From Burkholderiales bacterium (lineage in GTDB: Bacteria; Pseudomonadota; Gammaproteobacteria; Burkholderiales; SG8-39), in contig DASRFB010000042.1 of the NCBI GenBank assembly GCA_035651815.1, positions 243 through 64,242 of the forward strand: DNA of 64,000 nt, written 5' to 3'. A program made the translations under genes and the position numbers. A model generated the notes under the pieces. It saw only the letters and a program-made list of their open reading frames with translations. It ran no database searches and had not been told where the DNA came from. Within the stretch, counting starts at the first letter, position 1. Each line of letters starts with the position of its first letter. Positions 1-9,644 of the stretch are shown piece by piece.

Positions 1-877
1 GCAGGCTGACCTGCCGCGAATAGGCCGTCTCGATCTGGTGCTCGATCTGGAAACGCGAGAACAGGGGCACGTCGTCCCGGTAGCGCTTCACCCGGCCGAC
101 GTTGTCGGGCATGACGTTGCCCATGAAGGCGAGCGTCTGCTCGTGGATCGGATCGGTGTCGATCAGGATCTCGCCGATGTCCGGCTGAAAGTAGTCGCGG
201 ATGGCGCGGATGACCAGGCTGCCTTCCTGGTAGATCAGGAAAGGTGCCGGGTTCACGAGCTTCCCGTCGCCGTCCTTCATCGGCTCGGTGGCCTCGACAA
301 TCTTGTCCCAGAGCTTGAGCAGGTAGTCGAGGTCCCAGCGCAGCTCCTCGAGCGTTCGGCCGATGCCCGCGGTGCGCCCGATGATGCTCATGCCCTGCGG
401 GACCTGAAGCTGGTCCATAAGGTCGCGCAGCTCGTTGCGATCCTCGCCCTCGACGCGGCGCGACACGCCGCCGCCGCGCGGGTTGTTCGGCATCAGCACG
501 AGATAGCGGCCGGCGAGGCTGATGAAGGTGGTGAGCGCGGCGCCCTTGGTGCCGCGCTCGTCCTTCTCGACCTGGACGATCAGCTCCTGGCCTTCGGCGA
601 TCGCGTCCTGAATGCGGGCGCGATTGACGTCGACGCCGGCCTTGAAGTATTGCCGCGCGACTTCCTTGAACGGCAGGAAGCCGTGCCGGTCGGTGCCATA
701 GTCGACGAACGCGGCCTCGAGGCTCGGTTCGACGCGCGTGATGACACCCTTGTAGATGTTGCTTTTTCTCTGTTCCTTCGCGGCCGATTCGATGTCGAGG
801 TCAATCAGCTTCTGGCCATCGACGATCGCGACACGGAGCTCCTCGGCCTGTGTCGCATTGAACAACATACGCTTCAT
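1..877 (-). CDS. rne: Ribonuclease E, N-terminal catalytic part (gene continues beyond the left edge)
   Basis: Minus-strand translation from the ATG at 877 gives [61 protein letters not shown]..., the conserved RNase E/G S1-domain N-terminus. It is divergent from rluC, as in E. coli. It is missing from the ORF track only because it has no stop in the window. The + ORF 38-925 is its shadow. Confidence 0.9.
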   Translation of the reverse strand, partial: MKRMLFNATQAEELRVAIVDGQKLIDLDIESAAKEQRKSNIYKGVITRVEPSLEAAFVDYGTDRHGFLPFKEVARQYFKAGVDVNRARIQDAIAEGQELIVQVEKDERGTKGAALTTFISLAGRYLVLMPNNPRGGGVSRRVEGEDRNELRDLMDQLQVPQGMSIIGRTAGIGRTLEELRWDLDYLLKLWDKIVEATEPMKDGDGKLVNPAPFLIYQEGSLVIRAIRDYFQPDIGEILIDTDPIHEQTLAFMGNVMPDNVGRVKRYRDDVPLFSRFQIEHQIETAYSRQVSL

Positions 878-1031
878 TGTCTTGTTCTCCCGCGCGCGAG
901 CGGGCAGGACAAGCCACGAGCCTAAATATTCAGGCCGGCTTCACATAGGGATGGTGTGGGCACGTAGGTGGGCTTGTCGATCGGGTCGCTGACGCCGCTC
1001 TGCAGCCGAACAGGGACCGGAAACTCTGCCG

Positions 1032-1060
1032 ATGTTATGGGCGCGCTAAACTATTGCTAA
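1032..1060 (-). promoter_or_regulatory. Candidate sigma70 promoter for rne (-35 TTAGCA, 17-nt spacer, -10 TAACAT on the minus strand)
   Basis: Reverse complement of 1055-1060 is TTAGCA and of 1032-1037 is TAACAT, with a 17-nt spacer. This would give an rne leader of about 150 nt. Pattern match only. Confidence 0.3.
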
Positions 1061-1239
1061 CTGGTTGGATGACCAACCGCTATTTGCCGGCTTCGGGTTT
1101 CCACGCTTGCTCGCCGGGCGATGCCCGATGCAGCGGTCGAACCGGGGACGAATGGACCCGCCTGATGGGACCCGGTCATGCCGGTCCTGGGCTCAGACGG
1201 CCGTCCCGCAACGGAAGCAGCACTCAGATCATAAAGAAA

Positions 1240-2178
1240 ATGAAGGATTTAAGCAATGCCTCCGCCGTCGCGGTGGAAATCGACGCCGGAAGCGAGGGAC
1301 AGCGCGTCGATAATTTTCTCCTGCGGGTGTGCAAAGGGGTGCCGCGCAGCCATATCTATAGGGTGCTGCGAACGGGAGAGGTGCGAGTCAACAGCCGGCG
1401 CGTCGGCGCGACCTATCGCCTGCAGCTCGGGGACCGCGTCCGCATACCCCCGATCCGGGTCGCGGCCGCGACGCCGCGGCGTGCCCCGCCGGTCGAGCTC
1501 CCGGTCGTGTTCGAGGACGACTCCCTGCTCGTCGTCGACAAGCCTGCCGGCATCGCCGTCCACGGCGGCAGCGGCGTCAGCTTCGGCGTGATCGAGCGGT
1601 TGCGTTCGGCGCGCCCGCAGGCGCGTTTCCTGGAGCTCGCGCACCGGCTGGACCGCGAGACCTCGGGCCTGCTGGTCCTCGCCAAGCGGCGCCCCGCGCT
1701 GGTCGCCCTGCACGCGGCGTTGCGCGAAGGGCGCGTGCGCAAGCGTTACCTCGTTCTCGTGAAGGGGCGGTGGCGCGACGCCGAGCGCAGCGTCGACCTG
1801 CCGCTCCGGAAATCGGTGACCGGGTCCGGCGAGCGGCGGGTGAGCGTGGATCGGTCGGGCCGCGAAGCCCTGACGGTGTTCCGCCGGGTACGCGAGGTGC
1901 CGGGGTACACGCTGCTCGAGGCGGAGCTCATGACCGGCCGCACCCACCAGATACGCGTACATCTCGCGCACCTCGGGTTTCCGATCGCGGGCGACGACAA
2001 GTACGGCGATTTCGAGCTCAATCGTGCCCTGGCGAAGCGCGGACTCAAGCGCATGTTCCTGCACGCGGCGGAGCTCGAGCTCGCACATCCGGCCGGCGGA
2101 GCGGCGCTTCGTTTCGCGTCGCCCCTGCCGCCCGAGCTGGACTTGTTCCTCGAGGCGGTCCGGGGGGAGGCGCAGTGA
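1240..2178 (+). CDS. rluC: 23S rRNA pseudouridine synthase RluC (RluA family)
   Basis: MKDLSNASAVAVEIDAGSEGQRVDNFLLRVCKGVPRSHIYRVLRTGEVRVN (S4 domain) followed by the HRLDRETSGLLVLAK catalytic motif and GRTHQIRVHLA. Start chosen at ATG 1240 inside track ORF 1054-2178 by comparison with the recalled E. coli RluC N-terminus. Confidence 0.9.
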   Translation: MKDLSNASAVAVEIDAGSEGQRVDNFLLRVCKGVPRSHIYRVLRTGEVRVNSRRVGATYRLQLGDRVRIPPIRVAAATPRRAPPVELPVVFEDDSLLVVDKPAGIAVHGGSGVSFGVIERLRSARPQARFLELAHRLDRETSGLLVLAKRRPALVALHAALREGRVRKRYLVLVKGRWRDAERSVDLPLRKSVTGSGERRVSVDRSGREALTVFRRVREVPGYTLLEAELMTGRTHQIRVHLAHLGFPIAGDDKYGDFELNRALAKRGLKRMFLHAAELELAHPAGGAALRFASPLPPELDLFLEAVRGEAQ

Positions 2179-2834
2179 GCGCGAGGCGCTACGATCTCCT
2201 CGTGTTCGACTGGGACGGCACTCTGATCGACTCCGCGCCCACCATCGTGGCGTGCATCCAGTCGGCGTGCCGGGACCTGGGACTGGCCGTGCCCGACGAC
2301 GAGCGCGCGAGCCACGTGATCGGGCTCGGCTTGCGCGACGCGCTGGCGCATGCGGTTCCCGGGCTCGACCCGGACGAGTACGGCCGGGTCGTCGAGCGAT
2401 ACCGGCACCATTTCCTTCAGCGGGATCCGCACATGACCCTGTTCGAGGGCACGAGCGACATGCTGCTCGGCCTGCGCCGGGCGGGGCACGTGCTCGCGAT
2501 CGCCACCGGCAAGAGCCGGGCGGGACTCGTGCGCGCGCTCGAGTCGACTCGCCTCGGGCCGCTGTTCTCGGCGTCGCGCTGCGCCGATCAGTGCGCGTCC
2601 AAGCCCGCGCCCGACATGCTGCGCGAGCTGATGGACGAGCTCGACGTGCCGGCCGAGCGCACGCTCATGATCGGGGACACCATCCACGATCTCCAGATGG
2701 CCGCGAATGCGGGCGTCGCCGCCGTGGCGGTGTGCCACGGCGCGCATCCGCGCGAGCGGCTCGTCGAGCACCGTCCGCTGAGTTGCGTCGCCGACACGAA
2801 GGAGCTTCGGGCATGGCTGAACGCGAACGGGTGA
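2175..2834 (+). CDS. HAD-superfamily hydrolase (phosphoglycolate phosphatase-like)
   Basis: DLLVFDWDGTLIDS (HAD motif I), ATGKSR, and MIGDTIHDLQMAANAG (motif IV). GTG start at 2175 overlaps the rluC stop (GTGA). In frame with track ORF 1770-2834. Confidence 0.8.
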   Translation: MSARRYDLLVFDWDGTLIDSAPTIVACIQSACRDLGLAVPDDERASHVIGLGLRDALAHAVPGLDPDEYGRVVERYRHHFLQRDPHMTLFEGTSDMLLGLRRAGHVLAIATGKSRAGLVRALESTRLGPLFSASRCADQCASKPAPDMLRELMDELDVPAERTLMIGDTIHDLQMAANAGVAAVAVCHGAHPRERLVEHRPLSCVADTKELRAWLNANG

Positions 2835-3166
2835 TTTGCGCGAGCGCCGATCTCGTCGACTCCGGCGACGGCGTGCGCTTCGAAGTCCGAATCCACGGAA
2901 GCCTCGAGCCCGCGTTCGCGGTCCGATACGACGGCACGGTGCACGCCTACCTGAACCGATGTGCGCACCTGCCCATGGAGCTCGACTGGCAGCCCGGGAA
3001 GTTCTTCGATGCCGGCGGGCTGGTTTTGATATGCTCGACGCACGGCGCGACCTACTCGCCCGAGACGGGCGCCTGCCTCGGCGGCCCCTGCCAGGGGCGG
3101 CTGGTCCGGATCCCGGTCGATGAGCGAGACGGCAAGGTTCTTGTGAAGGAATACGGCGATGGCTGA
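2813..3166 (+). CDS. Small Rieske (2Fe-2S) domain protein
   Basis: NRCAHLPMELD ... CSTHGATYSPETGACLGGPC matches the Rieske CxH...CxxH-type pattern. ATG at 2813 overlaps the HAD gene by 22 nt. Confidence 0.8.
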   Translation: MAERERVICASADLVDSGDGVRFEVRIHGSLEPAFAVRYDGTVHAYLNRCAHLPMELDWQPGKFFDAGGLVLICSTHGATYSPETGACLGGPCQGRLVRIPVDERDGKVLVKEYGDG

Positions 3167-4094
3167 CCCCAACTGGGAACGCGAAGTCCTCGAGAAGCTC
3201 GCGGCGTCGTCGCTGCGCGAGCAGCGGCGCGCGCGGCGCTGGGGGATTTTTTTCAAGCTCCTGGGGTTCGGGTATCTCACGATATTCCTGCTGCTGATCA
3301 TCAGCCCGCGGCTCGACGAGGTGAGCTCGGGCAGGCACACGGCGCTGGTCGAGGTCGTCGGCGTGATCGATTCCAAGGGCGACGCGAGCGCCGACCGCGT
3401 CACCGGCGCGCTGCAGAGCGCGTTCAAGGACAAGAACACGCAAGGCGTGATCCTGCGGATCAACTCGCCGGGCGGAAGCCCGGTGCAGGCCGGCATCATT
3501 TACGACGAGATCAAGCGCCTGCGCGGACTCTACCCGAGCATCCCGATGTACGCGGTGGTCGAAGACCTGTGCGCGTCGGGCGGGTACTACATCGCCGCCG
3601 CCGCGGACAAGATCTACGTCGACAAGGCGAGCATCGTCGGCTCGATCGGGGTGATCATGGACGGGTGGGGGTTCACCGGGACGATGGAGAAGCTCGGTAT
3701 CGAGCGCCGCGTCCTGACCTCGGGAGACAACAAGGATTTCCTCGACCCGTTCTCGCCCCAGGACGAGAAGCAGAAGCAGCACGCGCTGACGATGCTGAAG
3801 GAGATCCACCAGCAGTTCATCGACGTCGTGCGCAAGGGCCGCGGCAAGCGGCTCAAGGAGAGCGCCGATACGTTTTCGGGCCTGATGTGGACGGGTGCGA
3901 AGAGCATCGAGCTCGGACTCTCGGACGGCTTCGGCAGCGTCGACTATGTCGCGCGCGAGATCATCAAGGCCGAGGACATCGTCGACTACACGCAGAAGGA
4001 CAATCTCGCCGAGCGCTTCGCCAAGCGCTTCGGCGCCACCATGGCCCGCTCCCTCGCGGGCTGGCTGGTCCAGCCCGAGGCGCGGCTGCGCTGA
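3159..4094 (+). CDS. S49-family peptidase (SppA/SohB-like signal peptide peptidase)
   Basis: N-terminal TM segment (WGIFFKLLGFGYLTIFLLLII), then ILRINSPGGSPVQAG ... ASGGYYIAAAADKIY ... GSIGV, typical of ClpP/S49 peptidases. Overlaps the Rieske gene by 8 nt. Confidence 0.85.
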   Translation: MADPNWEREVLEKLAASSLREQRRARRWGIFFKLLGFGYLTIFLLLIISPRLDEVSSGRHTALVEVVGVIDSKGDASADRVTGALQSAFKDKNTQGVILRINSPGGSPVQAGIIYDEIKRLRGLYPSIPMYAVVEDLCASGGYYIAAAADKIYVDKASIVGSIGVIMDGWGFTGTMEKLGIERRVLTSGDNKDFLDPFSPQDEKQKQHALTMLKEIHQQFIDVVRKGRGKRLKESADTFSGLMWTGAKSIELGLSDGFGSVDYVAREIIKAEDIVDYTQKDNLAERFAKRFGATMARSLAGWLVQPEARLR

Positions 4095-4104
4095 GCCGGG
4101 CCGG

Positions 4105-4824
4105 CTAGCGGGCGAGCAGGAGGAACACCGCCGGCCGGTCCTGGAGCGCCGGCGGCTCGGCGCGCCACTGCGCCACCGTGCGCGTGCGCACGCTTTCCGC
4201 CGCCAGCGTGAGCTCCGAGGCGACGCAGACGAGCGTCTCGCGCGCCAGCGCACGCAGCATGACCTCGAGCGTACGGTCGTTGCGGTAGGGCGTCTCGATG
4301 AAGATCTGCGTGCAGCCCACGCGGCGCGACTCGCTCTCGAGCTGCTTGAGCGCGGCGACGAGATCCTGCTCCTCGACCGGCAGGTAGCCGTGGAAGGCGA
4401 ACCGCTGTCCCTCGAGGCCCGAGGCGGCGAGGGCGAGGATGATCGACGAAGGCCCGACCAGAGGAACGACGCGAACGCCGCGCTCGTGCGCGAGGCGCAC
4501 CAGCGCGGCGCCGGGATCGGCGACCGCCGGCATGCCGGCTTCCGATACGAGTCCCGCGTCGCGACCCGCGGCGAGCGGCGCGAACAGCTCGGGCAGGCGC
4601 GACGCCGGCGTGTTGTGATCGAGGCGCTCGATGGTCAGCTCGCGCAAGGGAACCTCGACCCGGACCGATTTCAGGAACGCGCGCGCGGACTTCTCGTTCT
4701 CGGCGACGAAATGCCTCAGTGCGCGCACGCGCTCGAGGACCGGCGAGGGGATCACGGCCTCCGGCGCGACCTCGCCCAGGGTGCTCGGTACGAGGTACAG
4801 GGTCGCGGAGTGCTCAGACGACAT
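4105..4824 (-). CDS. SAM-dependent methyltransferase, tetrapyrrole-methylase fold (RsmI-like paralog)
   Basis: LYLVPSTLGE ... GLVSEAGMPAVADPGAALVRLAHERGVRVVPLVGPSSIILALAASGL ... FHGYLP resembles the RsmI/TP-methylase pattern. Confidence 0.75.
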   Translation of the reverse strand: MSSEHSATLYLVPSTLGEVAPEAVIPSPVLERVRALRHFVAENEKSARAFLKSVRVEVPLRELTIERLDHNTPASRLPELFAPLAAGRDAGLVSEAGMPAVADPGAALVRLAHERGVRVVPLVGPSSIILALAASGLEGQRFAFHGYLPVEEQDLVAALKQLESESRRVGCTQIFIETPYRNDRTLEVMLRALARETLVCVASELTLAAESVRTRTVAQWRAEPPALQDRPAVFLLLAR

Positions 4825-5389
4825 CGCATCCGTGCTCGCGCAGCAGGCTGACGAGCGCGATCAAGGGCAAGCCGACGAGCGCCGTCGGGTCGTCCGACTC
4901 GACCCGCTCGAGCAGCGCGATCCCCAAGCCCTCGACCTTCGCGCTTCCTGCGCAGTCGTACGCGGGCTCGCGCTCGAGATAGCGCTCGATCGTGGCATCG
5001 TCCAGCGTTCTGAAGCGCACGCGCGAAGGCACCACCCGGCCGAGCGTGCTGCGCGCGGCGGTGCCGTGCACGCACACCGCGGTGTGGAACACCGCTTCTC
5101 GGCCCGAGAGTGCGCGCAGCTGCGCGCGCGCTCTTTCGCGAGTCCCGGGTTTGCCGAGGAATCGGCCCTCGCATTCGGCGACCTGGTCGCTGCCGATGAC
5201 CAGGCACGACGGAAACGCGGACGCGACCGCGAGCGCCTTGGCCCGCGCCAGCCTCACGGCCATGGCGTCGGCCGGCTCGCCGGGCAGCCGCTCTTCGGCG
5301 ACGTCCGGAGCGGCGACCGTGAACGGCAGGCCGAGCCGCTCGAGGAGTGCGCGGCGATAAGGCGAGGTGGAAGCGAGAACGAGCTGCAT
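4814..5389 (-). CDS. maf: Maf-family nucleoside triphosphate pyrophosphatase (YceF-like)
   Basis: LVLASTSPYRRALLERLGLPF ... VIGSDQV ... YDCAGSAKVEGLGIALLERVESDDPTALVGLPL. Lies next to yceD-rpmF as in E. coli. Its 3' end overlaps the downstream methyltransferase start by 11 nt. Confidence 0.85.
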   Translation of the reverse strand: MQLVLASTSPYRRALLERLGLPFTVAAPDVAEERLPGEPADAMAVRLARAKALAVASAFPSCLVIGSDQVAECEGRFLGKPGTRERARAQLRALSGREAVFHTAVCVHGTAARSTLGRVVPSRVRFRTLDDATIERYLEREPAYDCAGSAKVEGLGIALLERVESDDPTALVGLPLIALVSLLREHGCDVV

Positions 5390-5419
5390 CGTCGCGAATG
5401 CGGACGCGCCGCGGCGCGC

Positions 5420-5884
5420 CTAGTCCTTGCAATACTGCGCGACGAGCTTCTCCTGGCGGGCGATCGCCTGCTCACGCCCGGCGTCGTCCTGGTACACGCG
5501 CTCGCCCCCTTTGTCTAGCGTATACAGGCGCCCCGCCTCGCGCATGCGCGCGAGGGAATCGCGCGCTTCGTTGCATGCCGCGCGGCGCCGCCGCGCGTCC
5601 CGGCTCTTCGTCTCCTGCGCCTGGGTGGCCTCGATCTGCCGCTGCCGGAACTGCCGGTCCTTGTCCTGCCAATTCTCGGGAGGCCGCGGATTCACCGAAG
5701 GCGGAGTGGCGAGCTTGTCGTCGACTGCGCTCGCTTTCGCGCCCTGAGGCGGCTGCGCGCCGTAGTGCGTGACGCCTTTCTCGTCGACCCAGCGATAGAC
5801 CTGGGCCGAGGTGGCGCCGGCGATCAGCATCAGCGCCACAAAGTGCGGTAACGCTCTGAACAGGTTGGAATTTTCTTTTGACAT
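5420..5884 (-). CDS. Secreted DUF4124-like protein
   Basis: Signal peptide ([17 protein letters not shown]) followed by [18 protein letters not shown], the motif I associate with DUF4124. The rest is charged and low-complexity. Confidence 0.65.
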   Translation of the reverse strand: MSKENSNLFRALPHFVALMLIAGATSAQVYRWVDEKGVTHYGAQPPQGAKASAVDDKLATPPSVNPRPPENWQDKDRQFRQRQIEATQAQETKSRDARRRRAACNEARDSLARMREAGRLYTLDKGGERVYQDDAGREQAIARQEKLVAQYCKD

Positions 5885-5895
5885 GGGGCGGCAAA

Positions 5896-5903
5896 CATAA
5901 TAT
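5896..5903. promoter_or_regulatory. AT-rich block (CATAATAT) in a 31-bp divergent spacer; candidate -10 elements for both flanking genes
   Basis: This is the only AT-rich sequence between divergent start codons 5884 (-) and 5916 (+). It reads CATAAT/TAATAT on + and TATTAT on -. Neither gene has a Shine-Dalgarno sequence. Confidence 0.25.
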
Positions 5904-5915
5904 CATGCGCAGCTT

Positions 5916-6401
5916 ATGTCGCAACCGGGGGTGATCGACGGCCTCCAGTTTGCCCGGGGCGCGCAGGCGGTTCGCGGCGTACTGGGCATGGAACAGCTGC
6001 CGCGGGTCGCGGAGCTGCAAGGCGCGACCGAAGGTCTCGCGTTCGGCGTGCGCGGCGGCATGAGGGACGATGGCAAGCCCTGCTTGTGGATTTCGGTGTC
6101 CGGGGAGCTGCGGCTGGTGTGTCAGCGCTGCCTGGGCCAGCTCATCTTTCCCCTATCGATCGAGGCCGAGCTCGTGCTCACGCAAGATGCGCGCGAGATC
6201 GAGGAAGCGCAGGACGACGTCGACCGGTTGCTCGCGTCGCGCGCGATGAGCGTGGCGCAGCTGGTCGAAGACGAAGTGCTGCTGTCGCTGCCGATGGTGC
6301 CCCGGCACGATCGGTGCTCGGCGGCGGTGAGCGCGGGACGCGAGGCGAAGGCCTCGCCGTTCAGCGTGTTGACGGAATTGAGGCGCAAGCCCGGCGGCTA
6401 G
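5916..6401 (+). CDS. yceD: YceD-family (DUF177) large-subunit rRNA accumulation protein
   Basis: [12 protein letters not shown] ... [17 protein letters not shown] pattern. Lies immediately upstream of rpmF-plsX, the conserved arrangement. Confidence 0.8.
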   Translation: MSQPGVIDGLQFARGAQAVRGVLGMEQLPRVAELQGATEGLAFGVRGGMRDDGKPCLWISVSGELRLVCQRCLGQLIFPLSIEAELVLTQDAREIEEAQDDVDRLLASRAMSVAQLVEDEVLLSLPMVPRHDRCSAAVSAGREAKASPFSVLTELRRKPGG

Positions 6402-6439
6402 CCGGTTGCGCGGACGAAACGGATCGAAAGGAGCTTGAA

Positions 6440-6619
6440 ATGGCCGTTCAGCAGAACAAGAAATCGCCCTCGAAGCGGGGCATGCATCGCGCGCACGACT
6501 TCCTGACCAACCCGCCGCTCGCCGTCGAGCCCACCACGGGCGAGGTGCACCTGCGCCATCACATCAGCCCGAGCGGCTATTACCGAGGCAAGAAGGTCGT
6601 CAAGAGCAAGAACGACTGA
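6440..6619 (+). CDS. rpmF: 50S ribosomal protein L32
   Basis: [22 protein letters not shown]... is the canonical L32 N-terminus. GGAG RBS lies upstream. In frame within track ORF 6086-6619. Confidence 0.95.
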   Translation: MAVQQNKKSPSKRGMHRAHDFLTNPPLAVEPTTGEVHLRHHISPSGYYRGKKVVKSKND

Positions 6620-6706
6620 GTCACGGGCGGCGATCGCGGGTGGCCTCGTGACCGCTGCTGCACGACAGGGAGAGCGCGCGGCAGTTTCATCCGTCCGGGC
6701 CGCGAT

Positions 6707-7726
6707 ATGAACATCACCATCGCCATCGACTGCATGGGCGGCGACCACGGCCCGCACGTGACCGTGCCCGCCGCGCTCGAGTTCCTGCGCAGCCAAGCCG
6801 ACGTCGACATCGTGCTGGTGGGGCTGCGCGACGCCATCGAGGCGGAGCTCAAGGCGCGCCGCGCCGCGGCCGGCGCGCGCCTGCGCATCCACGCGGCGAG
6901 CGAGGTCGTGCTCATGGACGAAGCGCCCGCCGTCGCGCTGCGCGGCAAGAAGGATTCGTCGATGCGCGTAGCCGTCGATCTCGTCAAGAGCGGGGAGGCG
7001 CAGGCATGCGTCAGCGCGGGGAACACCGGCGCGCTCATGGCGATCTCGCGCTTCGTTCTGAAGACGCTTCCCGGGATCGACCGTCCGGCGATCATCTCGG
7101 TGCTGCCGACGATGAAGGGCAGCACCTATGTGCTCGATCTCGGCGCCAACGTAGACTGCACCGCCGAGCACCTGCTGCAGTTCGCGGTCATGGGATCGAC
7201 GCTCGTGTCCGCCGTCGAGCACAAGGAGAGCCCGCGCGTGGGCCTTCTGAACATCGGCGAGGAAGCGATCAAGGGCAACGAGGTGGTGAAGCAGGCGGCC
7301 GAGCTGCTGCGCGCGAGCGGCCTGAACTTCGTCGGCAACGTCGAGGGCGACGGCATCTTCAAGGGCGAAGCCGACGTCGTCGTCTGCGACGGATTCGTCG
7401 GCAACGTCATGCTGAAGAGCGCGGAAGGCCTCGCGCAGATGATGCGCGCGATCCTGCGCCAGGAATTCATGCGCAGCGTGCTCACCAAGCTGGTGGCCGT
7501 GGTCGTGCTGCCGGTCCTGAACGCATTCCGCCGGAGGCTCGATCCGCGCGGCTACAACGGCGCGACCCTGCTCGGCCTGCGCGGAATCGTGGTCAAGAGC
7601 CACGGCTCGGCGGACGCGTTCGGATTCCGCCGGGCCATCGAGCGTGCCGCGGAGGAGGTGCGCAACGAAGTGCTCAAGCGGCTCATCATGCGCTTCGGAC
7701 CGATCGAGGCGATGGAGACGACATGA
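6707..7726 (+). CDS. plsX: Phosphate acyltransferase PlsX
   Basis: [12 protein letters not shown] ... [15 protein letters not shown] ... [11 protein letters not shown]. Confidence 0.95.
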   Translation: MNITIAIDCMGGDHGPHVTVPAALEFLRSQADVDIVLVGLRDAIEAELKARRAAAGARLRIHAASEVVLMDEAPAVALRGKKDSSMRVAVDLVKSGEAQACVSAGNTGALMAISRFVLKTLPGIDRPAIISVLPTMKGSTYVLDLGANVDCTAEHLLQFAVMGSTLVSAVEHKESPRVGLLNIGEEAIKGNEVVKQAAELLRASGLNFVGNVEGDGIFKGEADVVVCDGFVGNVMLKSAEGLAQMMRAILRQEFMRSVLTKLVAVVVLPVLNAFRRRLDPRGYNGATLLGLRGIVVKSHGSADAFGFRRAIERAAEEVRNEVLKRLIMRFGPIEAMETT

Positions 7727-8691
7727 GCGGCAGGATCTGGTCGCGCATCGCCGGCACGGGAAGCTACCTGCCGCCGCGCGTCGTGACCAACGACGAGCTC
7801 GCCAAGACGCTCGACACTTCCGACGAATGGGTGCGCACCCGCACCGGCATCCGCCAGCGCCACATCGCCGACGAGAAGCAGACCTCGAGCGATCTTGGCG
7901 CGGAGGCCGCGCGCGCCGCGATGGCGGCGGCCGGCGTGCAGGCAGGCGACGTCGATCTCGTGATCGTGGCGACCTCGACCCCGGATTACATCTTCCCGAG
8001 CACGGCGTGCCTGATGCAGGCCAAGCTCGGGATCAAGAACTGCGCGGCGTTCGACGTGCAGGCCGTGTGCAGCGGCTTCGTCTACGGCCTCACCATCGCC
8101 GACAAGTTCATCGCCGCCGGCCAGCACCGCTGCGCGCTCATCGTCGGCGCCGAGGTGTACTCGCGCATCCTCGACTGGAGCGATCGCGGCACGGCGGTGC
8201 TGTTCGGCGACGGCGCAGGCGCCGTGGTGCTCATGGCCGATTCCAAGCCCGGCGTGATGGCGACCGCGCTCCGCGCCGACGGCTCGTACTCGGGAATCCT
8301 TTCGGTCCCGGGCAACGTTTGCCGCGGCAAGATCGTCGGCTCGCCGTTCCTGCAGATGGACGGGCAGGCCGTGTTCAAGTTCGCCGTCAGAGTGCTCGAC
8401 GAGATCGCGCGCGAGACGCTCGCGCAATGCGATCTGCGCCCCGAGGACATCGACTGGCTGATCCCGCATCAGGCGAACGTGCGCATCCTCGAGGCGACGG
8501 CCAAGAGGCTGGGGATCGGCGCCGACAAGCTGATCGTCACGGTGGATCGGCACGGCAATACGTCGGCCGCCTCGGTGCCGCTCGCGCTCGACCTCGCGGT
8601 GCGCGACGGCCGCATCCGGCCCGGTCACAAGGTGATGCTCCAGGGCGTGGGCGGCGGATTCACCTGGGGCGCGGCGCTCGTGCAGATGTAG
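7723..8691 (+). CDS. fabH: 3-oxoacyl-ACP synthase III
   Basis: [75 protein letters not shown] overlap with the plsX stop. Confidence 0.95.
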   Translation: MSGRIWSRIAGTGSYLPPRVVTNDELAKTLDTSDEWVRTRTGIRQRHIADEKQTSSDLGAEAARAAMAAAGVQAGDVDLVIVATSTPDYIFPSTACLMQAKLGIKNCAAFDVQAVCSGFVYGLTIADKFIAAGQHRCALIVGAEVYSRILDWSDRGTAVLFGDGAGAVVLMADSKPGVMATALRADGSYSGILSVPGNVCRGKIVGSPFLQMDGQAVFKFAVRVLDEIARETLAQCDLRPEDIDWLIPHQANVRILEATAKRLGIGADKLIVTVDRHGNTSAASVPLALDLAVRDGRIRPGHKVMLQGVGGGFTWGAALVQM

Positions 8692-8708
8692 GACGGACAG
8701 GGATCTCG

Positions 8709-9644
8709 ATGAAATTCGCGATGGTATTCCCGGGCCAGGGCTCGCAGTCGGTCGGCATGCTCGCGGGCTACGGCGACATGCCGGTGATCCGGCGCACGCT
8801 CGCGGAGGCGTCCGAGGTGCTGGAACAGGATATCGCGCGTCTCATGGCCGACGGTCCGGCGGAGGACCTGAACAGGACGGTGAACACGCAGCCGGTCATG
8901 GTCGCCGCGGGCTACTGCGTTTACCGCGCGTGGCGCGAGCTCGGCGGCGCCGAACCGGCGATGGTGGCCGGCCACAGCCTGGGCGAGTACACCGCGCTCG
9001 TGGTCGCGGGCGTGCTCTCGTTCGCCGATTGCCTGCCGCTCGTGCGCCTGCGCGGACGCGCGATGCAGGAAGCGGTTCCGGTCGGGCAGGGCGCGATGGC
9101 CGCGATCCTCGGGCTCGAGGACGAGGCGGTCAAGGCCGCGTGCGCCGAGAGCGCGCAATCGCAGGTGGTCGAGGCCGTGAACTTCAACGCGCCGAGCCAG
9201 GTGGTGATCGCGGGGCACGCCGATGCGGTGAAGCGCGCGGTCGAGGCCTCGAAGGCGCGCGGCGCGAAGCGCGCGGTGCTGCTGCCGGTCAGCGCGCCTT
9301 TTCATTCCTCGCTGATGGCGCCGGCGGCCGCGCAGTTGCGCGAGGCGCTCGCGAAGCTCGATTTCCGCGCGCCCGCGATCCCGGTCGTGCACAACGTCGA
9401 CGCCGCGACGCGCACCGACCCGGACGAGATCAAGGATGCGCTGGTGCGCCAGGCCGACCATCCCGTGCGCTGGGTGGACTGCGTGCGGCATCTCGCCGAT
9501 CGCTCGATCACGCACGTCCTCGAGTGCGGCCCCGGGAAGGTGCTCGCGCCGCTGTCTCGGCGCATCGCGGCCGGACTCGAGGGCGCCGCGCTTGCCGACC
9601 GCGCGGGGCTCGACCAGGCGCTCGCGCTGACGAGGGCGTCGTGA
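8709..9644 (+). CDS. fabD: Malonyl-CoA:ACP transacylase
   Basis: FPGQGSQSVGM, GHSLGEYTALV, VSAPFHSSLM. Confidence 0.95.
   Translation: MKFAMVFPGQGSQSVGMLAGYGDMPVIRRTLAEASEVLEQDIARLMADGPAEDLNRTVNTQPVMVAAGYCVYRAWRELGGAEPAMVAGHSLGEYTALVVAGVLSFADCLPLVRLRGRAMQEAVPVGQGAMAAILGLEDEAVKAACAESAQSQVVEAVNFNAPSQVVIAGHADAVKRAVEASKARGAKRAVLLPVSAPFHSSLMAPAAAQLREALAKLDFRAPAIPVVHNVDAATRTDPDEIKDALVRQADHPVRWVDCVRHLADRSITHVLECGPGKVLAPLSRRIAAGLEGAALADRAGLDQALALTRAS

Noticed and set aside
38-925. 295-aa + strand ORF at the left edge
   Set aside because: It is the antisense shadow of the strongly conserved RNase E N-terminus. The translation is Ala/Arg/Val/Asp-rich with no recognisable motif.
1746-4253. 835-aa minus-strand ORF
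   Set aside because: Its composition is Arg/Ala/Ser/Pro-rich. It overlaps four + strand genes with clear family signatures (rluC, HAD, Rieske, S49). This is a typical stop-codon-poor shadow frame of high-GC DNA.
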